Of a DNA stretch of 64,000 bases, positions 11,393-22,860 are shown piece after piece. Source of the stretch: Blastocladiella emersonii ATCC 22665 (taxonomy: Eukaryota; Fungi; Blastocladiomycota); NCBI GenBank assembly GCA_025594325.1, contig JANHCV010000007.1, positions 1,116,001 to 1,180,000 of the forward strand, given 5' to 3'. The notes beneath the pieces were generated by a model. The model did not search any database and was not told the DNA's origin. It worked only from the letters and a program-made list of their open reading frames with translations. The translations under genes and the position numbers were made by a program. The number at the start of each line of letters is the position of its first letter. Position 1 is the first letter of the stretch.

Positions 11393-14300
11393 ATGCGCCG
11401 ATCGGCGAGCAGCAGCAACAGTGCCCTGCATGACCCGCAGGCAGCCGCGGGCACCGCTGTAGCCCGCGTCAAAGGGATCGGCGACGGGGCCGCGTCAGGG
11501 GCCGCCGCCTTTGACTGCCCGGGCGAACCATCGTCGCAAAGTCTCGGCCGCCGCCTCGCGGGCAAGCTGACGCGGTCCGCGTCGCACAGCCGCATCATCG
11601 TGACCGCGGCGCTGTCGGCGGCCGCGACCTCCGAGCAGCACCTCCGTACGCCGAAACGGTCCACGTCCTTTTCCTCGCTCGCCGCGCGCATCATCACGCC
11701 CAACCTGTTCACGACGGGGCCGGTGTCAAAATCGTCGTCGTCGTCGAGCGTCGCAGCCATGGATACTTCTGATCACGCTTCGCCGCCGCCGCGCGCGGCC
11801 CTCGCCAAGTCGACGTCGTGGTACTCGGGCTCGCCATCGTCCAAGCCCTCGGCCGCCGCGACCGCCGCGGGGCCCGGGCCCGGCGACGTGCACGCGCGCG
11901 GGATCGTCGACCGGATCAAGCGGATCAAGACGTCGTCGTCGACCTCGATCATGTCGCTGCTCGCGTCTGGCGGCTCCGCCGGCGGGCCCTCCTCCACGTC
12001 GCGCACAGCCGCCGCAGCGTTCGCGTCCGCGCCCGACCTCCCCGAACCCGACGACGCAGCCGACCAGCCCATGAGCGTCTCGCACCCGCCGCCCGCCGCG
12101 CGCCGGCCGCCGCTCGCGTCGAGCACCGTGCCGCGGCCCGTGTCCGCCGTGGTCCTGACGGGGGGAGCGGGTGTGAACGGGCCGCGGTTGATCGCCGAGC
12201 AGTGGTACACGCTCGAGGCCGACGTGGTTGCGCGGTTCCCCGAGTGCGGCGCGGTCGCGGGGCCCGTGGATATCGCGGGCCTGCCAAGGACCGAGGTCAA
12301 GCGCCAGGAGACCATCTACGAGCTCACCGTCACCGAGGCCGACTATGTCGCGAGTTTGCACGTTTTGCAGCGGGTACGTCCGGGGGGTTGCGGTCGTGGT
12401 GATTCGAGGACTGATGTGGCAAGCGCGGGTAGGTGTTCATGTCCGAGATCGTGGCGCACGGGTGGCTCAGCCCGCGCGAGGTCGGGCTCCTGTTCTCCAA
12501 CATCGAGATGCTGGTGCACCTCAATGCCGTACGTTCGCGCGTCGCTCGAAGCGGCGACTCGATCGGCTAACCGCGCCGTCGTCGGAGGCAAGTAGGAACT
12601 CCTCCGCGCGCTCGAGGAGCGGCGTGTCCAGGACAAGTGCATCGTGGCCAAGGTCGGCGACGTGTTCCAGCAGCTGGTACGATCTCCCGTGCTGTCGAAA
12701 ACGGCCACGGTACTGACCGTGTGCGGGTGTAGTCGCACTACTTCAAGATGTACAACGCGTACTGCAACAACTTCCAGGACGCCATGGCCTTCCTCAAGAC
12801 GCTCGTCGACACGCGCGAGCCCGTCGCCGCGTTCCTGCGCGACGCGAGCCGCCGACCCGAGTGTGCCGGCATGGATCTCGGGTCGTTTCTCCTCAAGCCC
12901 GTCCAGCGGGTACGTTCGAAAGCTCCCGCCGCGCGACTCGGCCCACTTACCTCCCATTTCTCGCGTAGCTGTGCAAGTACCCGCTCCTCCTCCGTCAGAT
13001 CCTCGAGCACACGCCGTCGGACCACGCCGACCACGCGCCGCTCGTCGAGGCCGTCGCCATGGTCGAGAAGGTCGTCAACCGCGTCAACGAGGGCCGCCGG
13101 TTCCTCGAGGACCAGCGCCGCCTGCTCGAGGTCCTCGCGCGCCTCGACTTTGCCGGCGCCGAGACCCTGGGCGCCGCCGCGGCGCCTCGCCGCCCGTCCA
13201 CCAGCCCAACACCCTCCGCCGGCTCGCTCGCCTCGTCCGTCCCCGCGCTCCGCCCCGCGCGACGCAAACTGTCGCGCACCGGCCCATCCCCGCCGCCCAA
13301 CGCCGCCGCGCTGGCGGACCCGCTCCCGCCCAACCACCAGCGGCGCGTCGTCATGCAGGCCGGCGTGTACCGCGTCAGCGACCCGGGGCCGGCGACCGAC
13401 GGGAACACTGGTGGTGGTGGGGGCGGAGGCGCGCCGAGAAGGCGGGAGCGGCACGCACGCCTCGCGGTGCTCTTCTCGGACGCGATCGCGATCGGGAAAC
13501 CGCGCGGCGTCGCGCACCAGCTGCTTGGCACGTCGCTCGCTGAGATCGAGGCCGCGGGGACGGCGGCGGACGGCGTCGCGTTCCGCGTGCGCCAGGTCGT
13601 CCTGCTTGCGGGTGTGGTCGCGGTCACGGATCCGGCGACGGGTGCGCGGCGGTGGGTCGGCGGCGGCGAAGGGGTGGGGGCGGAGGAGGGTGGCGCGGGG
13701 GCGGAGGCGGACGAGCTCGAGATTGTCGTCGCGACCGTTGCGTCGACGGGTGGAGGCGGCGGTGGGAGCAACTACAGCACCGACGACGAAGACCCCGCCG
13801 CTTCCGACCCGCACAGCGGCAGCATCAACGAGCACGCGGTCCTGACCCTCGCTTTCGCGACCGAGACCGCGCGGGACCTGTGGGCGCGCGCCGTGTGGGA
13901 CGCCGTGTGCGCAGTCCATGCCGCCGCGCCGGCGCCGCTATCGCCAAACTCGACGGCCGGGTCCGTCGACACCACCAGCGTGCCGGTCCACCACCACCAT
14001 CACCATCACGTCGTCGGCTCGTTCGTCCCCGCGACGCCCGTGCGCACCGCGTTCCCGATCGGCGCGGGCCGGTTCACGCGGTCGCCCGCTGACTCGCAGT
14101 CCGCAAGCGGGGATGCGTCGGCGAGCGCGAGTTACCCGGACTCGGCGCTCGGCGAGTCGCTCGGGGCGCGCGCACCGCCGCCGCCGCCGCCGCCGCCCCC
14201 GCCTCCAGCGCTCACGATCGCGACGGCGGCTCGGCCGGAGACGCCCGCAGCCGAGACAAGCGCGGCGTCGTCGGTCCCCGACTCGCCCGCGTCGCCCCTC

Positions 14301-14936
14301 GCTGCCGCCGTCGCACAGGCAGCCGCCGAGCGGGCAAGGCGGCGAACCAGCGAGGGGCCCGTTGTCATCGCGCCGAGGCTACCAAGCCCCATGTCGGCGG
14401 GCGACGCGGTGCAGTCCGAACTCGCGGCGGCGATCGCGGCGCGCGGGCGGTTGCGCGCGGCCACGTCGCCTGAAGCCTCCGCGTCAGCGGCGGCGAGTGC
14501 GGTCAAGGCGGGACCCGTGCGGCCGCCACCGCGCGCACCCTCGCCCGCGCCCGCCGTCGGGTCGCCGAGGCTCGCGAGGGTGCGGCCGGCGCCGCCGCGG
14601 CCGCCGCCGGGTGTCCCTGATCCACCGAGCCAGCCCGAGGAGACCAAGACGGAGGAGGAGCCAGAGCCGGAACCGGTCCCGGTGAGCGTCAAGAGTCTCG
14701 CCAGCCGGTTCGAGGCACACGGCGGCGTTGGCGGCGGGATCATTCGTGGGCCGCGGTCCACGTCCGAGCCGCCCCCGCTCCACCGCGGACCCGCCCCACC
14801 GCCGACGCCGCCCGGCACGAGCCCCGCGGCGCGCGGCATGTCGCCCAACGTCGCACGGCGGAACCGGCAGCCGTCACCAGCACCGACCCCCGCGCCGTCG
14901 CCGCTCGCGGGCGGGCAGGACCGGCCGGCGGCGTGA
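11393..14936 (+). CDS. Dbl-homology (DH) RhoGEF with degenerate PH domain and Pro-rich C-terminus
   Basis: KRQETIYELTVTEADYV, LLFSNIEML, YNAYCNN, SFLLKPVQR|LCKYPLLLRQIL, VNRVNEGRR across several short introns; Ser/Ala-rich N-terminus and poly-Pro tail. Confidence 0.9.
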
Positions 14937-15321
14937 TATGATATGATACCAGATGTACCAATACCACCCCATTTCGCTTCCATTCGCTTCATTCGCGACG
15001 CGTAAAGGGAGAGGAGGGGAGAGAAGAGGCGGAATACGGTCAGCTGATGCGCATCGATGGCCGCAGCGCCACGGCTTGCGGCCTTGGCTTTTCCTCGCCT
15101 TCCACTGCTGACTGTCGCCGCTCTCTCTCCCCTCCAACACACCGCCGATTACTGCAACGTAACTCTCCCCACTGGGCGCACCACAGCGAGCTCGCACCGG
15201 CTGCACTCCATCGTCGCGCTCGTCCTCTCCCGCGAGCCTAGTGTCTCCCGCGCACCACCACCAACGCAACGCGGTCCCGCTGCCTGGACCGGCCCTCCAC
15301 CAACAACCGCTACTCGAAACC

Positions 15322-16403
15322 ATGTCGGGCTACGCCCAGATTCCCCTGCACGACGACGACGCCACCGCCGCCTCGCGCGCCGCGCACTCGCCCGCCGCTG
15401 CGCCCGTGCCCATCGCGGTGGCTGAGCCGCGCCTGTCGGTCGACGACGAGTCGGACGACGACGAGTTCGCGGACGCGCACGCTGGCGAGTCGACTCGTCT
15501 GCACATCCCCTCGCACGATGACGATGACGATGATGAGGATGCCGCCGCCGCCGACGTGATGCCGCTGCCCGCCGGCCCGATCCCCGCGCACCCACCAGGC
15601 GCCGCGCACCACCCGGCCGCCACCGCGTCGGGCTCTTTCAAGAAGCTGCCCGCCGACGGCGTCTTTGCCAACCTCTCGGCCAAGCCCGAGGTCGTGCGCG
15701 CCGAGGACGCGGCGGCGGGCGCTGCGTCCGCATCGGGCCGCGGGTCGCCGTCCGCCGCGCCCGTCGACCTGCCGCCGTCCTACGACGCGGCTGTCAGCGA
15801 TCCGGCGCCAATGTACTGGGACAACACCATCTTCACGACCCACGCCGACGACGGCGAGCTGTTTGTCGAGGGCATGCCCGTCGGGTCGACGCTCACGTTT
15901 GTGCTCGCGACCATGGGTACGCTGGCGTTGTTTTTGACGTCGGAGGGCGTGTGACTGATTTCCCGTTTGACATGTAGCGTCCGTGTCGTTCCAGTTTGTC
16001 GGCTTCCTCATGACCTACCTCCTCGCCACCTCGCACGCCGGCCGGACAGGCTCCAAGGCCGGCTTCGGCCTCACCCTGCTCCAGTACGGCATCTACCTCC
16101 GCAGCCGTGTCGAGATGATCGAGGACGGCGACAACCCCTTCATCGACGGTACACTTTTCGCTCTCCTCAACCAACGCGACCACCCTACTCACCCCCGCTT
16201 CCACCGTAGACGAGTTCAACGCGTCGCTGCCACCCAACACCACGCCCGAGGAGGCGGGCGAGATCCTCGACCGCACCGAGTGGGTCGCCTATTTCCTCAT
16301 GATGGTGGGCTGGTTCCTCGTCATCAAGTCCTCGTTCGAGTACCTCCGCGTCAAGAAGCTCCAGGCCATCATTACCGCGAGCCCCGACGCCTACGCTGTT
16401 TGA
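15322..16403 (+). CDS. BSD2: Bsd2/NDFIP-type Nedd4/Rsp5 adaptor (DUF2370)
   Basis: Three exons. LPPSYDAA (PPxY motif), P.YWDNTI, EGMPVG, SFQFVGFLMTYLL..SHAGR.GSKAGFGLTLLQYG, three TM segments. Confidence 0.85.
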
Positions 16404-16758
16404 TCGTTTTCTTGTTGATACACGAGTGCGCCGTCGCTCACACTCCGCTCCACTCCCACATCGCCCGTCTGTGTCCATGCCTTGTACATTTCTTTCACCA
16501 TTTTTGCTCCTGTCTCGCTGGATACGAGAGGTTTGAGGCACGTTTTCACGACCGGACCGTGCTCAAGGGGCGACGCGCGAGGGTCGAAAGAGTCGGCCCA
16601 CGCAAGCGCTCACGTGCGGATGAACTACGCGTCGACGCTCAACGACCGGTGCATTTCCTGCGCTCGCAGCACGCAACGCGCGCGGAAGTCATCAAGAAAA
16701 AATCCATGTTTGATGCGTATCGATACACCTCGCTCGACATCCAGGCACACCGCCCTCG

Positions 16759-18108
16759 CTACTCCTCGTCCGCGGTAAACAGCGCAAGCGGGAGCCCCGA
16801 CTTCTCGTCGCGACGCGTGTCGCGCTGAGACTCCCCGCTCAACGTGCGCCCGTGCCGCAGCTCGTCGAGCAAGGCGCGCGAGTCCTTGACAAACTGCTTG
16901 CCCAGAACGTCGTTGCCGCGGTCGCCGAGGGCGGCCATCATTTCCGTGTAGAGCGGAGTGAGCGGAGCGATCGTGCCCCGTCCGAGTCCAAGGAACGACG
17001 CGACGCCCGGGTTGCCCTACTTGCACGGGGGGAGTGAGTGACTGGGGTAACGAGCGAGAGCGGCGAGCAGAGGGGCCGCACCAGCGTGGCCATGGTCGCA
17101 ACGAGGATGGGCGCAAGGTGGTGGATCGTAACCAGCTTGGCCTCCGGGCCCTCGTCCCGGGCCGCGCGATCGTTGAGCCGGCCGAGGTACGCGTCGATGG
17201 CGGCAAACGTGTCCACTAGGTTCGTGAGGCCCATGTCAGTCAGTGATCGCGAGGCAGCAGGCATAGCTGTGCGCGTACCGTCGATCCAGTGCATACCCCG
17301 CTCGACCACTTGGACGAGGAGAGGATGAAGCGACGATGCACTCGTCCCATCATCATTCGCCGGCCTCAGCATCCAGTGACGGTTGAACTCGAGGCTGCGA
17401 ATGGCGCGAGCGGGATCGAGAGCGCGCAAGGTCGGCCGGATCGATGCGAAGCGTCTGTCCTTGAGGCACTTGAGCAGGGCCAAGCTGAGGCTGCCGCGAA
17501 GTCGAGTGCTCACCCGCACAAACTGCGTGTAATACTGAATGACGGGCGGGACGTGTCCGTCAATTGCACCGTAGCAGCAAGCACCCCCCGGGAAGTACCT
17601 TCTCCAGTGCCATAGGCTTCGTGCCCGAACCACACAGCTGGACGTAGTCCGCATAGCAGTGGCGGCGGACGATGTGGAGCCCCGCAAACGGCCCGTAAAC
17701 GAGAACGCTGACAAACAGCTGCACACGGAGCGTGATCGGCAAGGAGCGCAGCGCGCCGCCAAACCGGCGCCGTTTCGTGCCACGGCTAGAGTGTCAAAAT
17801 GGCATGTGAGGTGCGATGAAGCCTAAGAGCGCAGCTCAAAATCCGTACTCGGACGCACCAACATCCGCTTCATCGTCATCCTCGCCGGCGGGCGCCTCGA
17901 GCAAGTCATCCAGCTCCTCAATTCTATCCGTTTTGATCACGGGCAACGTTGCAGACGGTTTGACGGCGCCAGCTCGGCCCGCTTTCGGACGCAGGCGGCG
18001 CCGCGAGACAGTGTTGGCGCTAAGCTCCATTGCCGGCGGCGACCCGCCCGCCGAGCGCTCACGAAGGCGCTTGCTGCGACGTAGCGGCGTAATTGCATCA
18101 GCTTTCAT
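16759..18108 (-). CDS. Unknown 5-exon family, copy A (apparently intact, 364 aa)
   Basis: Hand-spliced exons 18108-17849, 17785-17599, 17534-17279, 17215-17082, 17016-16759; introns of 63, 64, 63 and 65 nt, all GT..AG; open frame throughout. Motifs PLRRSKRLRE, VYGPF..HCYADY, SLEFNRHWM, LHPLL, AIDAYLGRLN, LGKQFVKDSRALLD, SGLPLALF. Confidence 0.8.
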
Positions 18109-18225
18109 GGCTATTTTGTTTGATTGGCGTTCCACCAGACAGGGCAAGGGCGGTGACGGCGGTGACGGCGGTCGGGCGGTCGGGCGGCCTTACGACGATC
18201 GACATGTTTCAGCCTTCGCACGTGC

Positions 18226-18238
18226 GTGGCGCAACGCG
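18226..18238 (-). promoter_or_regulatory. Conserved 13-bp upstream element of family copy A
   Basis: GTGGCGCAACGCG on + (CGCGTTGCGCCAC on the coding strand), 118 bp from the ATG; identical upstream of copies C, D, F and G. Confidence 0.6.
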
Positions 18239-18321
18239 TCCGGGGAGGGAGGTCGACGAAGATGCGGGACTCGGAGCAGCTCAAAGTGATAGTGAACGAT
18301 GATGTATCGATGTACGCAGAT

Positions 18322-19136
18322 TCACTTGTCTGTGGCGAGAAACATGGCCATGGGCAGCCCCGACAGCTCCTCGCGCGGCACGTCGCCGGCTGGGCGGTCA
18401 AACCCGTCGCCCGCGTGAAGTTGGTCGCTGTGCAGGTTCTTCACGAGCTCGCGCGCGTCCTTGACAAACCGGTTGCCGAGGACACTGCCCGAGCTGGCGT
18501 CCTGCAGCGCCGCCAGCGCCTCGTTGTACAGAACCTGGACCTGGAGCGGCGGAAGCCGGCGCGGGTCGAACCCGAGGTGCGTGATGATAGCGAGGCTCGC
18601 CTGCGATTGCGTCGCGGTTTATGTGTTAGTTCTCGGTCACTTCGACGAGTGAACAGCGCCGCGCGAGTCGTACAAACGTCGCCACGGTGATGACGAGGAC
18701 CGGCGCGAACTAGCCGAGCGTGACGGCCGTGTGGCCTTCGCCTTCGGCTTGGGCGAGGCGCGCGTTGAGACGCTCAAGGTAGTCCTCGATGGCCACGACC
18801 ATGTCCGCTGGAAATACATGAGATTTGCGTCGGAAACGCGTCAGTGGCCGGCGCTCCAGCGGTGGGAAAGAAACCCCACGAACTGTCGTGCTTCTTCATG
18901 ACGCGACGAAGGATCTCGCTGAGAAGCGGGTGGATGATGGACGACAACGCCGCCGACTGCGGCGATCCAAGCATCCAGTGTCGGTGGAAGTTCAAGGTCC
19001 GCAGGTCGCTCGCCGAGTTGACGGCAGGCAACGTTGGTCGGAGCGCCGCCGCCTTCTTGTCGCGAAGCAGCGCGGTCATGGCGCTGTTCACGCGGGTGCG
19101 CTCGCGCTGGACCGCGTCCGTGTACATTTTGCGGTC
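18322..19136 (-). pseudogene. Unknown family, copy B (exons 3-5 only, premature stop)
   Basis: Homologous exons 3-5 with splice sites at the same positions (LNFHRHWM, AIEDYLERLN, LGNRFVKDAR). In-frame TAG at 18712-18710 where other copies have His/Gln. Exons 1-2 not found. Confidence 0.8.
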
Positions 19137-19275
19137 CTTGCGAAAGGCGAGCGAGTGAGTTAGCGATCATATGAGCCCTAAACTGCGCGCATCTGGTCAA
19201 AGTCGACCGCGACCTCGTTGGACTCGTTCATAAGTTGGACATAATCGGCAAAGCTGTATTCGTACTGAACCAGCG

Positions 19276-20755
19276 CTACTCATCGTCCTCGCCCATGGCG
19301 AACGCCGCAAGCGGGAGTCCCGTCCGCGCCTCGCGGGGCGCGTCGTTCTGTCGCGCGTGATTTTCAGTCGCCGTGAATGGACTCAGAGGAAGCGTGTGCA
19401 CGAGGGCGCGCGCATCCTTCACAAACCGCCGGCCGAGAACGCTGCCGCCGTTGCTTGTGTCCTGGAGCGCCGCCAGGGCCTCATTGTATAGCTCTTGCAG
19501 CGGCGGGAGCTCCAAGTGACTGAGGCCGAGGTGCGACACGACGCCAACGTTGGTCCACGCGTCAAAGCAAGGGTGAGTTCCAGAGCGTTGGAAGAAGCAG
19601 TGTAAATGGCCGCACCAGCGTCGCCAACGAAATGACGATCAGCGGCGCGAGCTGGTGAAGCGTGACGACCACGCGGTCGCCGTCGTCCTTGGCCTGAGCA
19701 GCAGTGCGTGCGTTGAGCCGCTCGATGTATGCCTCGATGGCGGTGATACTGTCGCCTAGACGCGGCGGACGAGCGGAATATGGGGGTCGTGTCAGTGATC
19801 GCGCAAGGGGACAATCGAGTAGGTAGCAAATACCCTCGGGCCAATGTATGCCGCGCTGAACTGCGAGAACAAGCAGCGGGTGGAGGGTGGACGCCTCGGC
19901 ACTGAGCGGTGACGAGTTGATCATCCAGTGGCGATTGAACTCGAGACTCCGAACATCGCTGGCCGAGGCAACAGGAGGTAGCGCTGGACAAACTGAGTGG
20001 TTCCGCTTGGCTCCAAAGAATCTTTTCGCCACTAACGAAAGCAGGGTACGGAGTCGGTGGATGACAGTCGCGAGGTGCTTGCGGTACTATTCCACGCAGT
20101 GCGTGACACGCACGCATGCCGTCACATGCCAAGTCAGTACACATCTGGCTTGCGCAGGCTCGCGCAAGCAAACGTGATCGTACCTCATCAAAGCTCAGCA
20201 GCGCCTCGGACACGCCCATCAGTTGGAGGTAGTCCGCGTAGCAGTGCTCGCGTACGATTTCGAGATTCGAAAAAGGGCCGTAGATAAGCACACTTGCACG
20301 AAGCTGGACTATGAGGTCGTTTGGGATGTCGCGCAGGTTCCGCCGGCAACGGCGTTTCGCTGGACTGTGACAGCGTGTGCGCGCCGTGAGTATCGAGGAC
20401 AGTCAAGGAGTAGCGGGGTCGCTGAAGCAAGTCTGGGCGAGAGCACGGACCCTCGAGTATCACCCTCGCCGTCGACATCGTCCTCAGACTCCTCATCGTC
20501 GTGGCTCGCCTCGCCATCGCCTGAGACATGACCGTCGCTGCTCGAGACGTCGGAAAGCTCATTGTCACTGTCGCTCAAGCCCCCGCTCCACCCCGTGGCA
20601 ACCGTGGCCAACGGCTCGCCCGGTCCGTCTGTCCCAGGGCGCAGACGTGCCCGTGCAGCGGGCACGGCGGTCGACTCCACTTCTGTCGGCTGGGCTGCGT
20701 CGCACTGGCGCAGGCGCTTGCTGCGGCGGACTGACGTAGTTGCATCAGGTTCCAT
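19276..20755 (-). CDS. Unknown family, copy C (open exons, last splice acceptor mutated AG to GG)
   Basis: MEPDATTSVRRSKRLRQ start, acidic tract, IYGPF..HCYADY, SLEFNRHWM, AIEAYIERLN, LGRRFVKDAR. The intron-4 acceptor reads GG at 19556-19555. Confidence 0.7.
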
Positions 20756-20838
20756 GGTTTTATCGGTGCTCAGTTCGGCGCGGCGGTGTTCCGTTGAACG
20801 GGAGACGCGGCGATTTGCCGGGCAGGCAGTGCGAGCGG

Positions 20839-20851
20839 GTGGCGCAACGCG
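20839..20851 (-). promoter_or_regulatory. Conserved 13-bp upstream element of copy C
   Basis: GTGGCGCAACGCG on +, 84 bp from the ATG at 20755. Confidence 0.6.
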
Positions 20852-21121
20852 GTCGCTGAAGGGCGACTGAAGTCGCGCTCTCGCTCGCTGTCCCGAAAGG
20901 CCTGGATTGATTGCAAAGCACGCGCTCTAGTAGTTCGTCCGCGCCCAGCGTCAGCAGCAGCAGGGATAATACTCTGACAGCGTTGGGTTCGCGCATCGCC
21001 CGCTCTCCCCGCTCGATGCCGCCGCGGGACGCTACCTTGAAGTCGCACTCAAGTTGCGATGTCACAAAAGCGTAGCAAAAGGACTGCTTCAAGATTCGCG
21101 GTACAGAAAATGCGAGGAAAC

Positions 21122-22607
21122 CTACTCGTCTGCAACAGCGAGCAACGCGAGCGGGATGCCCGACTTGTTGTCGCGGGGCACGTCGACGAGAGGCTCGCGA
21201 CCGGCCATCATCGGGATCTGGTCGCGGGGCAGGTTGTCGATGAGGGTGCGCGCGTCCTTGAGAAAGTTCTTGCCAAGCACGCTGTTGGGGTCGTTGAGCG
21301 CTGCCAGTGCCTCGTTGTAAAACACCTGGACCGGCGGGATGCTGCTCCGAGGAAGCCCGAGATGCGAAGCGACGGCGACGTTCGCCTACGTAGCAAGAGT
21401 CAGTGCTCGCTGAACGCGCATTGGTGGCGACGCGCAACCGTACAAAGGTGGCGATGGTGATCACGATATGCGGCGCGATCTGTCGCAGCGTGATGGGCGT
21501 GTGCTCGCGGTCCTGCGTGCGGGCCATGCGGTCATTGAGACGCGCGAGAAAGGCTTCGATGGCCGAGATGCTACTCTCTAGATATCGAGCGGCGGACGGT
21601 TAGTTGGCTTCCACCCAGCGACGGACTTTCGAAGCGACAGCGGATATCACGCACCTTCGGGCCAGCGCATACCACGCTCAACGAGGTTGGCCAGGAACGG
21701 ATGGATCGTAGTACGCGCGCCGCCCGACGAGGGTTTGATCATCCAGTGGCGGTTGAATTCGAGACTGCGAACGTCGCCCGCCGAGTCGATTTGAGGAAAG
21801 CTAATTCGCGTCGAGCGCGCTCGCTCGCCTTGAAGGGCACGCTTCGTTTTGCCATGCATGTTGGAGCGGAAGCCGTGGACGACCAGCAAATATTGCCTGC
21901 GGTACTACATGGTGACGAGCGAGTGCGTCAACAATAATGAAGTTGTCGTGTTATTCGTCAGCGCGGGGGCGATCGAACCTCGTCAAAGCTCACAGCGGTT
22001 CGGTCTGCGCCCGCCAGCTCGAGGTAGTCGGGGTAGCAATGGTTGCGAATGACTTCGAGATCGGCAAACGGTCCGTAAACGCAGGCGCTCGCCCGAGCCT
22101 GCACCTTGAGTGCAATGGGGATCTGGTTTAGAGCTCTCGACGACCGCTGACCAGAGTTGGTAGAACTGCGGCGGACGCTAGGTTGCGTTTGGTTAGATAG
22201 AGCGCGGTTGGTCAATGACAAGGAAGGCGCGGGTCGGTCGACCGTTGCTGATGCAACACGAACCCATGTGCATCTTCGTCAGATTCCGCGCCCGAGCTTT
22301 CGTCCTCGCTCTCGCTCTCACTCTCAGAGGCCGACTCGTCGCTGCTCGGCAGGTCAGACAGGTCAGACAGGTCGGACAAGTCGGACAGCTCGTCCTCGCC
22401 CATGCCGCAGCCCTCTGCTCCGACCTTGTGCTGCGGAGCGGCCGTAGTGGGTTCAGCGTTCGGTTGATCCGTCCCAGCATGAAGACGAAGAACCAAGCGC
22501 GGCCGCGAACCGCCGGCGAGCGCGGACTCGAGTCGCGGCTGCTCGCCCGCCGGCCGCTCAAGAGGGCGCTCGCTGAGCCATCCTGGCGCTTTTGCATGAG
22601 GTTCCAT
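21122..22607 (-). CDS. Unknown family, copy D (apparently intact)
   Basis: MEPHAK start, LSDLSDLSDLSD plus acidic tract, four canonical introns at the same positions as copy A, VYGPF..HCYPDY, SLEFNRHWM, AIEAFLARLN, LGKNFLKDAR, SGIPLALL; no internal stop found after splicing. Confidence 0.75.
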
Positions 22608-22692
22608 GAGTTTTACGTCGTCGTGGGCGTGGGAGCGCTCCATGGCCTGGCGTGGGGACGGGTGGCGCTCGACCGGTTTCACGGTGCGTTGA

Positions 22693-22705
22693 GTGGCGCA
22701 ACGCG
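22693..22705 (-). promoter_or_regulatory. Conserved 13-bp upstream element of copy D
   Basis: GTGGCGCAACGCG on +, 86 bp from the ATG at 22607. Confidence 0.6.
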
Positions 22706-22860
22706 TTCCTGCGCCGTTACTCGGGCAGCGCCGAGCCCGCGCCTTGGCTTTGCGAACTTAGGCCAAGGGAAACGTGCCGCGTACTTGGTCCTTCGTTCGC
22801 CAGTACCAGTTCAGCTTGTTAGCTTAACTACGACGCATCAACCGCTACGCATCGACCACC

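Noticed and set aside
863-14000. Very long antisense or alternate-frame ORFs (for example 863-3505, 7949-11431, 12738-13919; also 60014-62167)
   Set aside because: They shadow strongly GC3-biased genes on the opposite strand or frame; stop-codon scarcity in high-GC coding DNA explains them and they contain no recognisable motifs.
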